Below are positions 1 through 11,700 of a stretch of DNA of 64,000 bases, piece by piece (position 1 is the first letter of the stretch; each line of letters starts with the position of its first letter). A program made the translations under genes and the position numbers. The DNA is from the human T2T-CHM13v2.0 reference genome, Homo sapiens, in the NCBI RefSeq assembly GCF_009914755.1, contig NC_060929.1; one strand, written 5' to 3'. Under the pieces are notes generated by a model. It was not told the DNA's origin. It did no database searches and saw only the letters and a list, made by a program, of their open reading frames with translations.

Positions 1-512
1 CCATGACCTTCAGCTCTTGATGTTATATCTATAAATATGGTTTCTCACATGCTGAATGGGACTTTCCAGATGTAAGTAAGGTTACTAATCAGCTGACATT
101 AGCGTAGAGAAATTATCCTGGATTATCTGGTTGCAACCAATGTAATCACATAAACTCTTAAAAGGAGACAAGAGAACAGCAAGATAGGAAGTAGAAGAAG
201 GATCAGACATGCCACTGATAGCTTAGAAATGGAGAGTTCAGGAGCCAAGGAATGTGGGCAGCCATGAGAAGCTTCAACTAACAGCCAACAAGGAAATGAA
301 AACCTTAGTCCCGCAGCCATGTGGAACTAAACCTGCCAACAACTTGAATGAGCCTTGAAGTGGATCTTTCCTAGAGCCTCCATAAGAGAATGTAGTCTCA
401 ATAATACCTTGATTTCAATTTCAGAATTCAGCTGAATCATGAAAGAAACCATGGGTGTTGTTTTAAGCCACTAAGTTTTTGGTATTTATTTTTTTACAGC
501 AGCAATAGAAAA
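1..512 (+). mobile_element. ERVL-MaLR solo LTR, MLT1D/E-like (5' end outside the window)
   Basis: Contains MLT1 motifs 'gactttccagatgtaagtaaggttactaatcagctgac', 'attatcctggattatctgg...aatgtaatcaca' and the 3' end 'ttttaagccactaagttt...acagcagcaatagaaaa'. Confidence 0.8.
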
Positions 513-1220
513 AGGAAGTAACCAATTTGTTAAAATGCTTCTCCCATCTTTTCTTAACCTTTGACAAGTATCCTTACAAGAGTGGCAACATTTCCTTCCC
601 TACATAGGGAAATGTTTATGAAAATATCAAATTGCATATAACCTTCACTCGTGCACTAACAGGGCTTCACCCATCTGGGGAAAGTGTCCTTCAGATCTTT
701 CTGGAGGTCTCCAGTGGGATGGATTACTTATGTCCTCTCACCAGTTGCCCCTTTCTCTCCTTCTCTGGCCCCTCTTGCCCATTTCCAGTGCTTCGTCAAT
801 GTCCCAGTACATCATGAGGTGACTGACATGCACGATAAGGGAGATGCTGCAGGATGCTCCCCAAGCTTTGAATTCCAAGGAGCAGGAGCTTGGTTGGTTC
901 TGCACAGAGGCAGGGAGAACAGCCTTTCCTGTCTCAGAGCCACTCATAGTCACTGGGCTCCAAAGCGGCTCTCCTGGTGCCTGGGGGCCTCATGAGGTCT
1001 TTTCTGTTTTCTGTGAAGAACCTCACGAGATTCCTTCATTGCCTTCCACTTTGTAGCATCTCCTTCTAGAAGGAGAATGAAAACCACTTTATAAGACATG
1101 ATATAGGAATACTGCCCTCCTCTTTCCCTTGGCTCCTCACCCACTGAAACATCTCTTCTCTCAGTTGTAAAACAAAAACTCTCAACTACTCTAATGAATA
1201 CAAGCCAGAGAGTAGGCATG

Positions 1221-1249
1221 AGTGTATGTGTGTTTGTGTGTGTGTGTGT
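1221..1249. repeat. (TG)n microsatellite, interrupted
   Basis: Sequence reads agtgtatgtgtgtttgtgtgtgtgtgtgt. Confidence 0.85.
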
Positions 1250-1372
1250 AATTACTAGTGCTAATCAGCAGAAATGTTCCCTATACATCTATGAATATGA
1301 GTCATTGCCACCTGATTAAAATAAATCAGACAACCTTTACAGTGTCTCCCAATATATATTGATAATAGGCAT

Positions 1373-1862
1373 TGTAGTCGACTGAGGGGTGTTCCTCAAA
1401 AAGATATGTCCACCTGCCAATCACCAGAACCAGTGAACATTGCTTTATAAGGCAAAAAGATGAAATTAAGTTAAAGATTTTGAGAGGAGGAGTTTGTCCT
1501 GGATTATTTGATGGGCCCCAGATCCAATGACAAGTGTTCTTCTAAGAGTGAGGCAGAGTGGGGATTTTGACAGACACACCAGGAGGAAGACAGACAGAAG
1601 AGGAGGCAACATGGCCTTGGAGGCAGAGATTGAAGTGATCCACCCTCAAGCCAAAAAAAAAAAAAAAAAATGCCTGTAGACAGCAGACACTGGAAGACAG
1701 AAGTACATGATTCTCCCCAGGTGTCTCTGACTGGAGGGAGTGTAGTCCTCCTGAGTCCTTGATTTCAGACTCCTGGCCTCCAGTATGATGAGAAAATAAA
1801 TTTCTCTTGTCTTAAGCCAAGGTTACAGTAATTTGTTATGGCAGCTGCAGAATACCAATATA
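1373..1862 (+). mobile_element. MaLR solo LTR, MLT1C-like
   Basis: TG start 'tgtagtcgactga...aaaagatatgtcca', internal 'gaggcagagattgaagtgat...aagccaa', and 'aataaatttctcttgtcttaagcca...gcagctgcagaataccaata' end. There is an A-run expansion near 1654-1670. Confidence 0.8.
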
Positions 1863-2159
1863 GACAACACACTGTTAGCTTTTAAAATTGTGTAAAACAC
1901 ACAAAACTCCATCTGTTCTAGACACTTGTTTGTAAACAGAGGAACTTTACTACACGCAAATTAGTGTTAATACTATCAGAAGTTGAACTTAGAATATTAG
2001 GTGTAAGTATTTGTCAATGTGATCGCTCCCCTTAAAAGCCTGTAACGTTGTTGTACTGGATATTGCTAATCAATTTATATTATTGAAAGCTTACTCTGAG
2101 TAGATCAAATCAATATGCCAGAAACCATAAGGGAGGGGGGAAACAGTGAATACGATGAA

Positions 2160-2375
2160 ATAGTAATAGTAATAATAATAATAATATCTGGCACTATTCT
2201 AAGTGCTTTGCATATAATACACTTCACCTTTACAACATCCCTGTGAGGCTGGAACTTTTATTATCCCACTCTACAGAACACCGAGTCACTGAGAGGTTAG
2301 GCAACTTGCCCAGGGTCCTAGAGATGGTAAGTCGCAGAGCTGAGATTCAGTTTGTACTCATTTGACTGCCACTAA
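2160..2375 (-). mobile_element. MIR SINE
   Basis: MIR core in reverse: 'ggcactattctaagtgctttgcata...ttattatcccactctacaga...gaggttaggcaacttgcccagggtc...gcagagctgagattc'. Confidence 0.8.
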
Positions 2376-2689
2376 CCTTGGGTGATGGCGAGAAGTAGAC
2401 CTCAGAGGATAGAGAAACTTTCAATTGCTGTCATGCCCAGCTGCAAATAAACTTCAAAAAAGTCACCACCATCTGATAATGTACTTCCTATGTAGGATAA
2501 TTTCTGCAGAGTGTGTCCAGATTCTTAGCAGACCTGTGATAATATTAATACCTTGTTCTAAGTATCCAGTTTTCTCCTTAGGGCTGGATTCACTCGTGGA
2601 GGATTGATGAGAGAGTGGGAGAATATTGCACCTAAGCTCTGTTTTTTCTTTCCTCTAATTTAGATATATGCAGATCTCAAAGTCTCTGA

Positions 2690-3328
<639 letters not shown>

Positions 3329-6325
3329 TGAAACTGCAGCAAACAGATGCCTTCTTTACAGCTGGAGAGGCTGTGAGAAGAGACTGTCCTGTGGGCAAGA
3401 ACTCTGGATGTATGAGACAGTGTGCCAAAACAGTTAACAGAAATTATGAAGCAATTTCGATTTATGTTGCAGCAAAAAGAAGAAGGAACAGAGGAAATTG
3501 AACTTCCAGTGAGGTCTGATAATTAAACTCAGGCATACTGACAGGGTAGGTGAACACAACAGATAAATAACTACTTTCCGGTAATTATAAGGCAGGATGG
3601 TAACATATTAGACAAGCTGGCTTGCTCGGTATTTTCAAGGCTGACATTTCGATTCTAGGGGATATTTGGATCTGTGCTAACAGATTTCTTTCTTTTTCCA
3701 CACTTGCTTTTCCTTTTCCACTCCCTATTGCTTGCTGAAAATAAAATGTGATTTTAAAGTGCCACTGTTCAGCATGTTTCATGTGTCTGCTTCGCCTCAC
3801 ATAGCCGACCTCAAAACCCACTGCTGCTGGACGCAGTTGCTGAAGTGGTGTCTGCTTTTCTAAAAACTGTAATTATTTAAAAGATTTTAATCAGATGTCC
3901 CCTATTAGAAGAAAATGGTGCAAATCACGTAGTCCATTTACAATCCTTCCTTGGCCATAGACTGCTAAAGCTTTTAACAAATCATTTCATAGCACAAACA
4001 CTTCTTTTCACAAGAAGGAAATAGAGGCAATGGGTTCTTGTCTAAGACGCACTGTTTTCAACAGAAATAAAGCAGACACTTAAGTCAAGGGAACAAAACC
4101 ACTCTCTTTTGTGAATGGGGATCACTCTCAGACACCCAATTTTCCTTCTGTCTTTAAGAATAATGTTACAATACTTTTAAAAGGGGAATTTACATAATAG
4201 AATACAGATGTTGCCCTTTTCTATGTGATGTGTAGACTGTAGATTGTGTGCTATATAGACTTGATTTTCAGGCAGAAATTTTAAAATGAGTGTTTTTTTC
4301 ATGGTCTGTCCTATAATCAAACCATCTCATGAAGAATGAAGATCTGTCCCTGTGGGTCTCTAGCCTCAAGGATCTGCTGTGTCGTGACTCAAATTCCAGA
4401 TGGTGCAGATTTACTTTGTTGACCCAAACCCCATGTTTTCTTTCTTTTTTTTCTTTTAATTTAAAAAAACAGTATCATAATTTATTGATTGCTCTTGGGG
4501 AATGAACTTCCAATGCCCATCTTGTGGCCTGGCAGGGAGAAATTTCCCAGTTCTGTTTGAGCGAGCTGTCCACTCCACTTGGCACTTGAACAGGCTAAAA
4601 CGGAATGTCTTTTGTTGTAAACACCTAATTTGTTCATTTTGAACTGTCTGAGTAACTAGATCAAAGACCAGTGTCAAATGCCCAAAGCAGTGTTTGTCAG
4701 CAGTGGACTTTTTATTCTTCTTGTTCTATAGCAACTGAAAGAGAAAAAGACTCGTACTGTATTTCCACAAAAGCGTAGGGAAGCTCGCGTTGGCAGCCTC
4801 TTGCGACAGAATGAATACATGCTACTGAGTACAGACCATTTGTCTCCTGATTACAACAGACCCCAGGGGAACTGGTGTTGGCTTTGAATTCCACCTCTCT
4901 TTTACTGAGCGCCTCCTCGCCGTGATGGTTCCACCCCCAATCCTCACAGCACAGAGCGTCAGGGACTCAGATCTCCTCTCTGCTGTGGGTTTTAGTCAGC
5001 TTTCTAAATTCAAACAGGGCCCTCTTGTTTGAAATGTGTTGACTTGTCTTGAACAGTAACATATATTTTTAAACTATTCTCATTTGGAATTCAGCAGTGG
5101 CCATAATGAATGCCTTTAGTGCTCCTGTGTGTTTCATATGCATGATAACAAGGGCTTCGGTGTAGAGGAAGGAAACAGAGAATGACGACCTAAAAAGTCA
5201 CCCAGTTCCTAATATTAAAAATGGTACAAAAATGGTAGAGCATATGATGGTCTTACTAGTTATGTGTGAACCCACCTGATCATTTTTCCCATTGATTTAT
5301 AAGGGCTCACGTTGTTTTTCTCCGTGCAGAATTGTTGTTTGGAAATGGACAAGAATGTGTCTTTATTATGCTAAGAGTACAGCTTTATTATTAGGCAGTC
5401 TTGAGGGCTGCTGGGATGCATTCTCCTTAATTACACCTATTTTCACTGATATTCCCTAAGAACTGCTCTGCTCATATTTCCATTGGAAGGCCAAGTTCAG
5501 CCTGAAAGGTTCACTTCCTACTTAACAGCAGTTGCAGTCATTAACATTTTTTTTTCTTGTTTAGTTTTGCTTTACTGTTCATTTCCTTTAAAGGAAAGTA
5601 GATCATAAAACATTCGTGAAAGTTTCCTTTATTTCAGATTAGCTGAATTTATTTTACACATTTGTCTCTGTTTTTTCTTATATTCTTATTCACTTTATTG
5701 TCTACCTTTGCAGTTATTTTTTTCTTATATTAAGAAAGAGAAAAGAAGCGAGCTGTCATTTGGCAGTCTCTTTTCCATTATGTTTGCACTGCTGGGAAAC
5801 GCTGGAACAAAGGCATTCAAAGTGTTACTGAATGGGGCTCAGCATTCAGCCCTGCTGGTGAGGCTGCAATCAGTCCGACTAGGATGAAAATGCGTGCTTT
5901 TCAACACTGGTTGGAGATGTTTGTATTTATCTTTGGAATGCATGCCTGGTCCATGCAGTCATGTGATGTGTTTTTGCCATGTCCTTATGTGTCCCAGCTT
6001 TTTCTGTGGTAGGATGGAAGAAATGGAATGTGACCCATTAACCCTTAGTCGGTATGAAGTAGTCCAACAGATACTTCTCAAACACAAAGAGTCCCTGCTC
6101 ATGTCAAAGTCAATTTCTAAAACACGTTTTTATCCGGGATTTAGTTCCTGTCCTGTTCTAGCCAGATGTGCATGTGGACAAGCTATGCCACTTCTGCTGA
6201 CACGTTGGTAGTGAACAGTTCTGGGGTCATAAATAGCAATAATGGGATGAACCAAACAGGCAGTAGGTGTCCTCAGGCCTGGAAAAGGCATAGGAGGGTT
6301 AAAGTGGTTACTTAAGTCACACTGT

Positions 6326-6445
6326 TTATGTCTCCCATGTGCTAATGAAGATATAGAACATTTCTACCACCCCAAAAATTTTATTGTGCCATCTCACTGT
6401 CAGTTTCATCCCCAGCCTACAAGTATCCCTGTAGATTAATTTTTC
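6326..6445 (-). mobile_element. Old L1M (L1ME-like) 3' fragment
   Basis: 'aagatatagaacatttctaccaccccaaaaattttattgtgcc' matches the recalled L1ME/L1MB 3' UTR in reverse. Confidence 0.6.
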
Positions 6446-6828
6446 TGTGAACACATTTTCTTTTGAATTGCCAAACCATGTCATATAATGTGTATGGCAC
6501 ATCAGAAAAACGGATAGTACTGCTTTTGGACTTGAGGTCTTAGGTTTAATTTCTATTAACACTTGAATTCATCTGACAATATCAAACGCAATCTCTGTGT
6601 GTTAAAGATTTGTTGCAAACTGTTCTTTAATTTTCCCCCCTAAACTATTTAGTACTAATGACAATTCCTGAAAAATAAAGAGACTCAGTGGATGTTATAA
6701 GTATCTGGTTTATAAACTACTAAGCAAAGGTCTTTCAAGTTAAAGTTTGAAATGGGCACAAAGGCTCCAAGAGTCCTTAGAATGAAAGTGTCATGGCACA
6801 TTTGCAACTCTTTTAAAAACCTCTTTGA

Positions 6829-7170
6829 GGCTGAGTGCGTTTACGCCTGTAATCCCAGCAATTTGGGAGGCCGAGACGGGCAGATCATTTGAGGTCAGGA
6901 GTTCGAGACCGGCCTGGCCAACGTGGTGAAACCCTGTCTCTACTATACATACAGAAAAATTAGCTGGGTGTGGTGGTGTATGCCCGTAATCCCAGCTACT
7001 CAGGAGGCTGAGGCAGAAGAATTGTTTGAAGCTGGGAGACGGAGGATGCAAGGATGCAGTGAGCCGAGATCACGCCACTGCACTCCAGCCTGGGCAACAG
7101 AGTGAGACTCCATCTCAAAAGAAAAAGAAAAAACAATAACAAAACAACAATAGCAAAATAAAAAAAAAAA
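6829..7170 (+). mobile_element. Alu (AluS)
   Basis: Full dimer with A-rich tail. TSD 'acctctttga' at 6819-6828 and 7175-7184. Small internal duplication 'ggatgcaaggatgcag'. Confidence 0.97.
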
Positions 7171-7180
7171 TTCCACCTCT

Positions 7181-7415
7181 TTGAGAGCTCGTTTGAAGTT
7201 TCTAGCAGGGGAGGGTAGCTACCCGTATACCCTTGATGGAAGGCCGGCCCTCCTCTATGAGGGATGGTTATCCTCTTTGAGCATGCAGCTTCGGGAGGGA
7301 CGCACGAGGAGCGGTAAGGAAGGGAGGGGACACCTGCCCAGCCAACCAGATCAGCCAAATCAACCTTGGCGATCAATGGGGTGACATGTGTCGCAGCCAG
7401 ATCACCCTCACATCC
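7181..7415 (-). pseudogene. 7SK snRNA (RN7SK) retropseudogene, 3'-truncated at about nt 239
   Basis: Reverse complement reads GGATGTGAGGGTGATCTGGCTGCGACAC...CCCGAAGCTG...AAGGGTATACG...CCCCTGCTAGAA...AGCTCTCAA. This is collinear with 7SK nt 1 to about 239 (about 87% identity by hand against the recalled sequence). No U/A tail. The RN7SKP number cannot be assigned. Confidence 0.96.
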
Positions 7416-7896
7416 ATTAACTCTTAAAAAACTTCTTTGGATTCGCTAAAACTCTCCTTCTCTCTGTAGAACACAGTGACTAATGTCCATCATTCTCTCT
7501 CTGCAATCATCTAGCTAGCAGGCTGTTCTCAGGGGGGTTGTGCATTTGCCTCACCTGTTGAATTGGTGCCTACCAAGCATTTATTATGTTTATACTACAC
7601 AAGTTTTACTTCCTGTTGTTATTATTTAATTTAATAAATATTACACCAAGTGGCAAAATACGAATGTCAGGAAAACAGTTTTGGGTTTCTCTGGAGAGAA
7701 ATTTAATGCCAAGGAAAGACAAAGTTTTTTTTTGTTTTTTGTTTGTTTGTTTGTTTTTTAAAGAAACCCCAAAACTTGCTATCAAATTAAGTGGATAAGA
7801 CAACTATTAAAAAAAAAAAAGAGGAAAGAATGGCTCTTTAAATTCTAAGACATCTAAAGAAACAATCGGAATTCAAAGCTGATGCATCATGGAAGT

Positions 7897-7904
7897 CTTT
7901 CTTT

Positions 7905-7948
<44 letters not shown>

Positions 7949-8021
7949 TTTCTTTCTTCCTTTCCTTCTTTCTTTCTTTCTTTCTTTCTCTTTCTTTCTT
8001 TCTTTCTTTTTTCTTTCTTTA

Positions 8022-8052
<31 letters not shown>

Positions 8053-8098
8053 TCTCTCTCTCTCTCTCTTCCTTTCCTTCCTTTCTTTCTTTTTTTTT
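7897..8098. repeat. (TTTC)n/(TC)n polypyrimidine microsatellite, the expanded tail of the adjacent Alu
   Basis: About 200 bp almost entirely C/T, directly abutting the minus-strand Alu. Confidence 0.95.
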
Positions 8099-8382
8099 CG
8101 GTTCTCCCTTTGTCGCCCAGGCTGGAGTGCTGCAGTGTCGTAATCATGGGTTACTGCAACCTTTGCCTCCCAGGCTCAGATGATTCTTCCACCTCAGCCT
8201 CCCAAGTTGCTGGGACTACAGGCATGCAGCACCACACCTGGCTAATTTTTGTGTTCTTGGTAGAGATGGGGTTTCACCATGTTGCCCAGGCTGGTCTTGA
8301 ACTCCTGGCCTCAAGCAATCAGCCCACCTTGGCCTCCCAATGTGCTGGCTGGGACTACAGGCATGAGTCACTGTGCCTGGCC
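8099..8382 (-). mobile_element. Alu (AluJ)
   Basis: Reverse Alu with J-type features ('ctcctggcctcaagcaatc', 'caggctcagatgattcttccacc'), ending 'gtgcctggcc'. Confidence 0.95.
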
Positions 8383-8399
8383 TGTTTATTTCTATTTAA

Positions 8400-8625
8400 T
8401 AAACAACTATCTGGCACTTTCAATGAGCCAGTGCTGTTCTAAGGATTTTTCATCCTCCTAACTACTGTGTATGGTAGGTAATATCCCTTTTGACATATAA
8501 GGAAACTGAGGCACAGAGCAGCTATGCAACTTCCTGAAAGTCACACAGGTAGCAAGTGGCAGAGCTGAGATTCAGAACACAGGAGCTTTGTCCAAAGCCT
8601 CTTTGCTTCCCACTGTCTTATCCTG
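8400..8625 (-). mobile_element. MIR SINE
   Basis: 'ataaggaaactgaggcacagag...aacttcctgaaagtcacacaggtagcaagtggcagagctgagattc'. Confidence 0.85.
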
Positions 8626-8784
8626 CCTCTTTTTATCCACCACAGTTTATGGAACTGTCCAACTAGCACATCTACTTGCGAGGTGGGGAAGGCTGTGGTC
8701 CTTCATCAAAAGACTAAAAATAATGAATGTCTAAACCAAATTTACATTTTAGTTAAGCTAAAATGTTTACCTTTCTTCCTTTTT

Positions 8785-11700
8785 AAAAATAATTTCAACA
8801 GTTTTTGGGGAACAGGTGGTGTCTGGTTACATGAATAAGTTCTTTAGTGGTGATTTCTGAGATTTTGGTGCACCCATCACCCGAGCAGTGTACTCTATAC
8901 CCAATGTGTAGTCCTTCATATCTCACCCCCTCCCCACCCTCCCCCCAAGTCCCCAAAGTCCATTAGATTATTACACCTTTGTGTACTCATAGCTTAGCTC
9001 ACACTTTTAAGTGAGAACCTATGATGTTTGGTTTTTCATTTCTGAATTACTTCACTTAGAATAATGAATGGTCTCCAACTCCATCCAGGTTGCTACAAAT
9101 GCCGTTATTTCATTCCTTCTTGTGGCTGAGCAGTACTACTTTTTCATGGGATTTTTTTTTTTCTTTTCTTGCTGGTTTGTCAGAGTTCCTTGTAGATTCT
9201 GGATACTAGTCCTTTGTGGATGCATAGTTAGCGAAGATTTTCTTCCATGCTGTGGGTTGTCTGTTTACTCTGCTGATTTTCTTTTGCTGTGCAGAAGCTT
9301 TTGAGGTTGATTAAGTCCCACCAATTTATCTTTGTTTATGCTGTATTTGCTTTTGGGTTCTTGTTCGTTAACTCTGCCTGAGTCAATGTCTAGAAGAGTT
9401 TTTCCAACGTTATCTTCTAGAATTTTTTTGGTTTCAGGTCTTATATTTCAGTCTTTGATCCACCTTGTGTTGATTTTTGCATCAGGTGACAGATGAGGAT
9501 TCAGTCTCATCCTTCTACACGTGGCTTGCCAATAATGCCAGCACCATTTGTTGAATAGGGTGTCCTTTCTCCACTTTATGTTTTTGTTTGCTTTGTCAAA
9601 GATCCATTCGCTATAAGTATTTGGCTTTATTTCTGGTTTCTCTATTTTGTTTCATTGGTCTAGATGCCTACTTTTATACCAGTACCATGCTGTTTGGTAA
9701 CTATAGCCTTGTGGTATAGTTTCATGTCGGTTAATGTGATGCCTCCAGATTGTTTTTTTTGCTTAGTCTTGCTTTGGCTATGTGGGCTCTTTTTTTGGTT
9801 TCATATGGATTTCAGGATTGTTTTTTCTAGTTCTGTGAAGAATGATGATGGTATTTTGATGGGAATTGCATTAAATTTATACATTGCTTTTGGCAGTATG
9901 GTCATTTTCACAATATTGATTCTACCCATCCATGAGCATGGGATGTGTTTCCATTTGTGTCATCTATGACTTCTTTCAGCAGTGTTTTGTAGTTTTCCTT
10001 GTAGAGATCTTTCACCTCCTTGGTAAGGTATATTCCTATGTATTTTATTTTTCTTGGAGCTGTGGTATAAGGGGTTGAGTTATTGATTTGATTCTCACCT
10101 TGGTCGTTGGTGGTGTATAGCAGTGCTACTCATTTGTATACATTGATTTTGTAAAGTGGGCATCCTTGTCTTGTTCCAGTTCTCAGCAGAAATGCTTTCA
10201 AATTTTCCCCATTCAGTATAATGCTGGCTGTGGGTTTGTCATAGATGGCTTTTATTACTTTAAGATATGTCCCTTTTATGCTCATCTTGCTGAGGGTTTT
10301 AATCATAAAGCAATGCTGGATTTTGTCAAATGCTTTTTCTGCACCTGTTGAGATGATCATATGATTTTTCTTTTTACTTCTCTTTATATAGTGTATCACA
10401 TTTATTGACTTGCATATGTTAAACCATCCCTGCATCCCTGGTATAAAACCCACTTGATCATGGTGTATTATTTTTTTTTTTTTGACATGCTATTAGATTC
10501 TGTTACCTAGTATTTTGTTGAGGATTTTTGCATCTGTATTTGTGAGGGATATTGGTCTGTAGTTTTCTTTTTTGTTATGTCCTTTCCTGGCTTTGGTATT
10601 AAGGTGATACTGGCTTCATAGAATGATTTATGGAGGATTTTCTCTTCCTCTATCTTTTGAAATAGTTTCAGTAGAAATTGGTACCAATTCCTCTTTGAAT
10701 GTCCAATAGAATTCAGTTGTGAATCCATCTAGTCCTGGACCTATTTGTTGGCAACGTTTTTATTACTGTTCCAATCTCACTATTTGTTATTGGTCTGTTC
10801 AGAGTTTCTGTTTCTTCCTGGTTTCATCTAGGAGGGTTGTATATTTCCAGTAGTTTATCCATCTCCTCTAGGTTTTCTAGTTTGTGTGCAAAAAGGTGTT
10901 CACAGTAGTCCTGAATGATCTTTTGTTTCTGTGGTATCAGTTGTAATACCTCATTTCATTTCTAATTGAACTTATTTGGATCCTCTCTCTTGTTTAATTA
11001 TTGATGTTTTAAAATCTTTTCAAAGAAACAGTTTTCTGTTTCATTTATCTTTTGTATTTTTTTTTTTTTGCTTCAGTTTCATTTAGTTCTGCTCTGATCT
11101 TTGTTATGTCTTTTCTTTTGCTGGGTTTGTGTTTGATTTGTTCTTGTTTGTTTACTTCATTGAGATGTGAGCTTAGATTATCTATTTGTGCTCTTTCAGG
11201 CTTTTGATGTAGGCATTTAATGCTATGAACTTTCTTAGCACAGCTTTTGCTGTATCCCAGAGGTTTTGATAGGTTGTGTCACTATTATCATTCAGTTCAA
11301 AGAATTTTTAAATTTTCATCTTGATTTCATTGTTGTCCCAAAATTCATTCAGGAGTCAATTATTTAATTTCCATGTATTTGTATAGTTTTGAGGATTCCT
11401 TTTGTAGTTAATTTTCAGTTTTATTCCACTGTGGTCTGACAGAGTGCTTGATATAACTTCAGTTTTCTTAAATTTATTGAGACTTTTTTGTGGCCTATCA
11501 TATGATCTATCTTGGAGAATGATCTAGGTGATGATGAATAGAATGTATATTCTACAGTTGTTGGGTAGAATGTTCTGTAAATATCTGTTAAGTCCAATTG
11601 TTCTATGTTGTAGTTTAAATCCATTGTTTCTTTGTTGACTTTCTGTCTTGATGACCTGTCTAGTGTTGTCAATGCAGTATTGAAATCCCCCACTATTATT

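Noticed and set aside
7882-8442. 186-aa F/L/S-rich 'membrane-like' ORF
   Set aside because: It is the translation of the (TTTC)n tract plus an antisense Alu.
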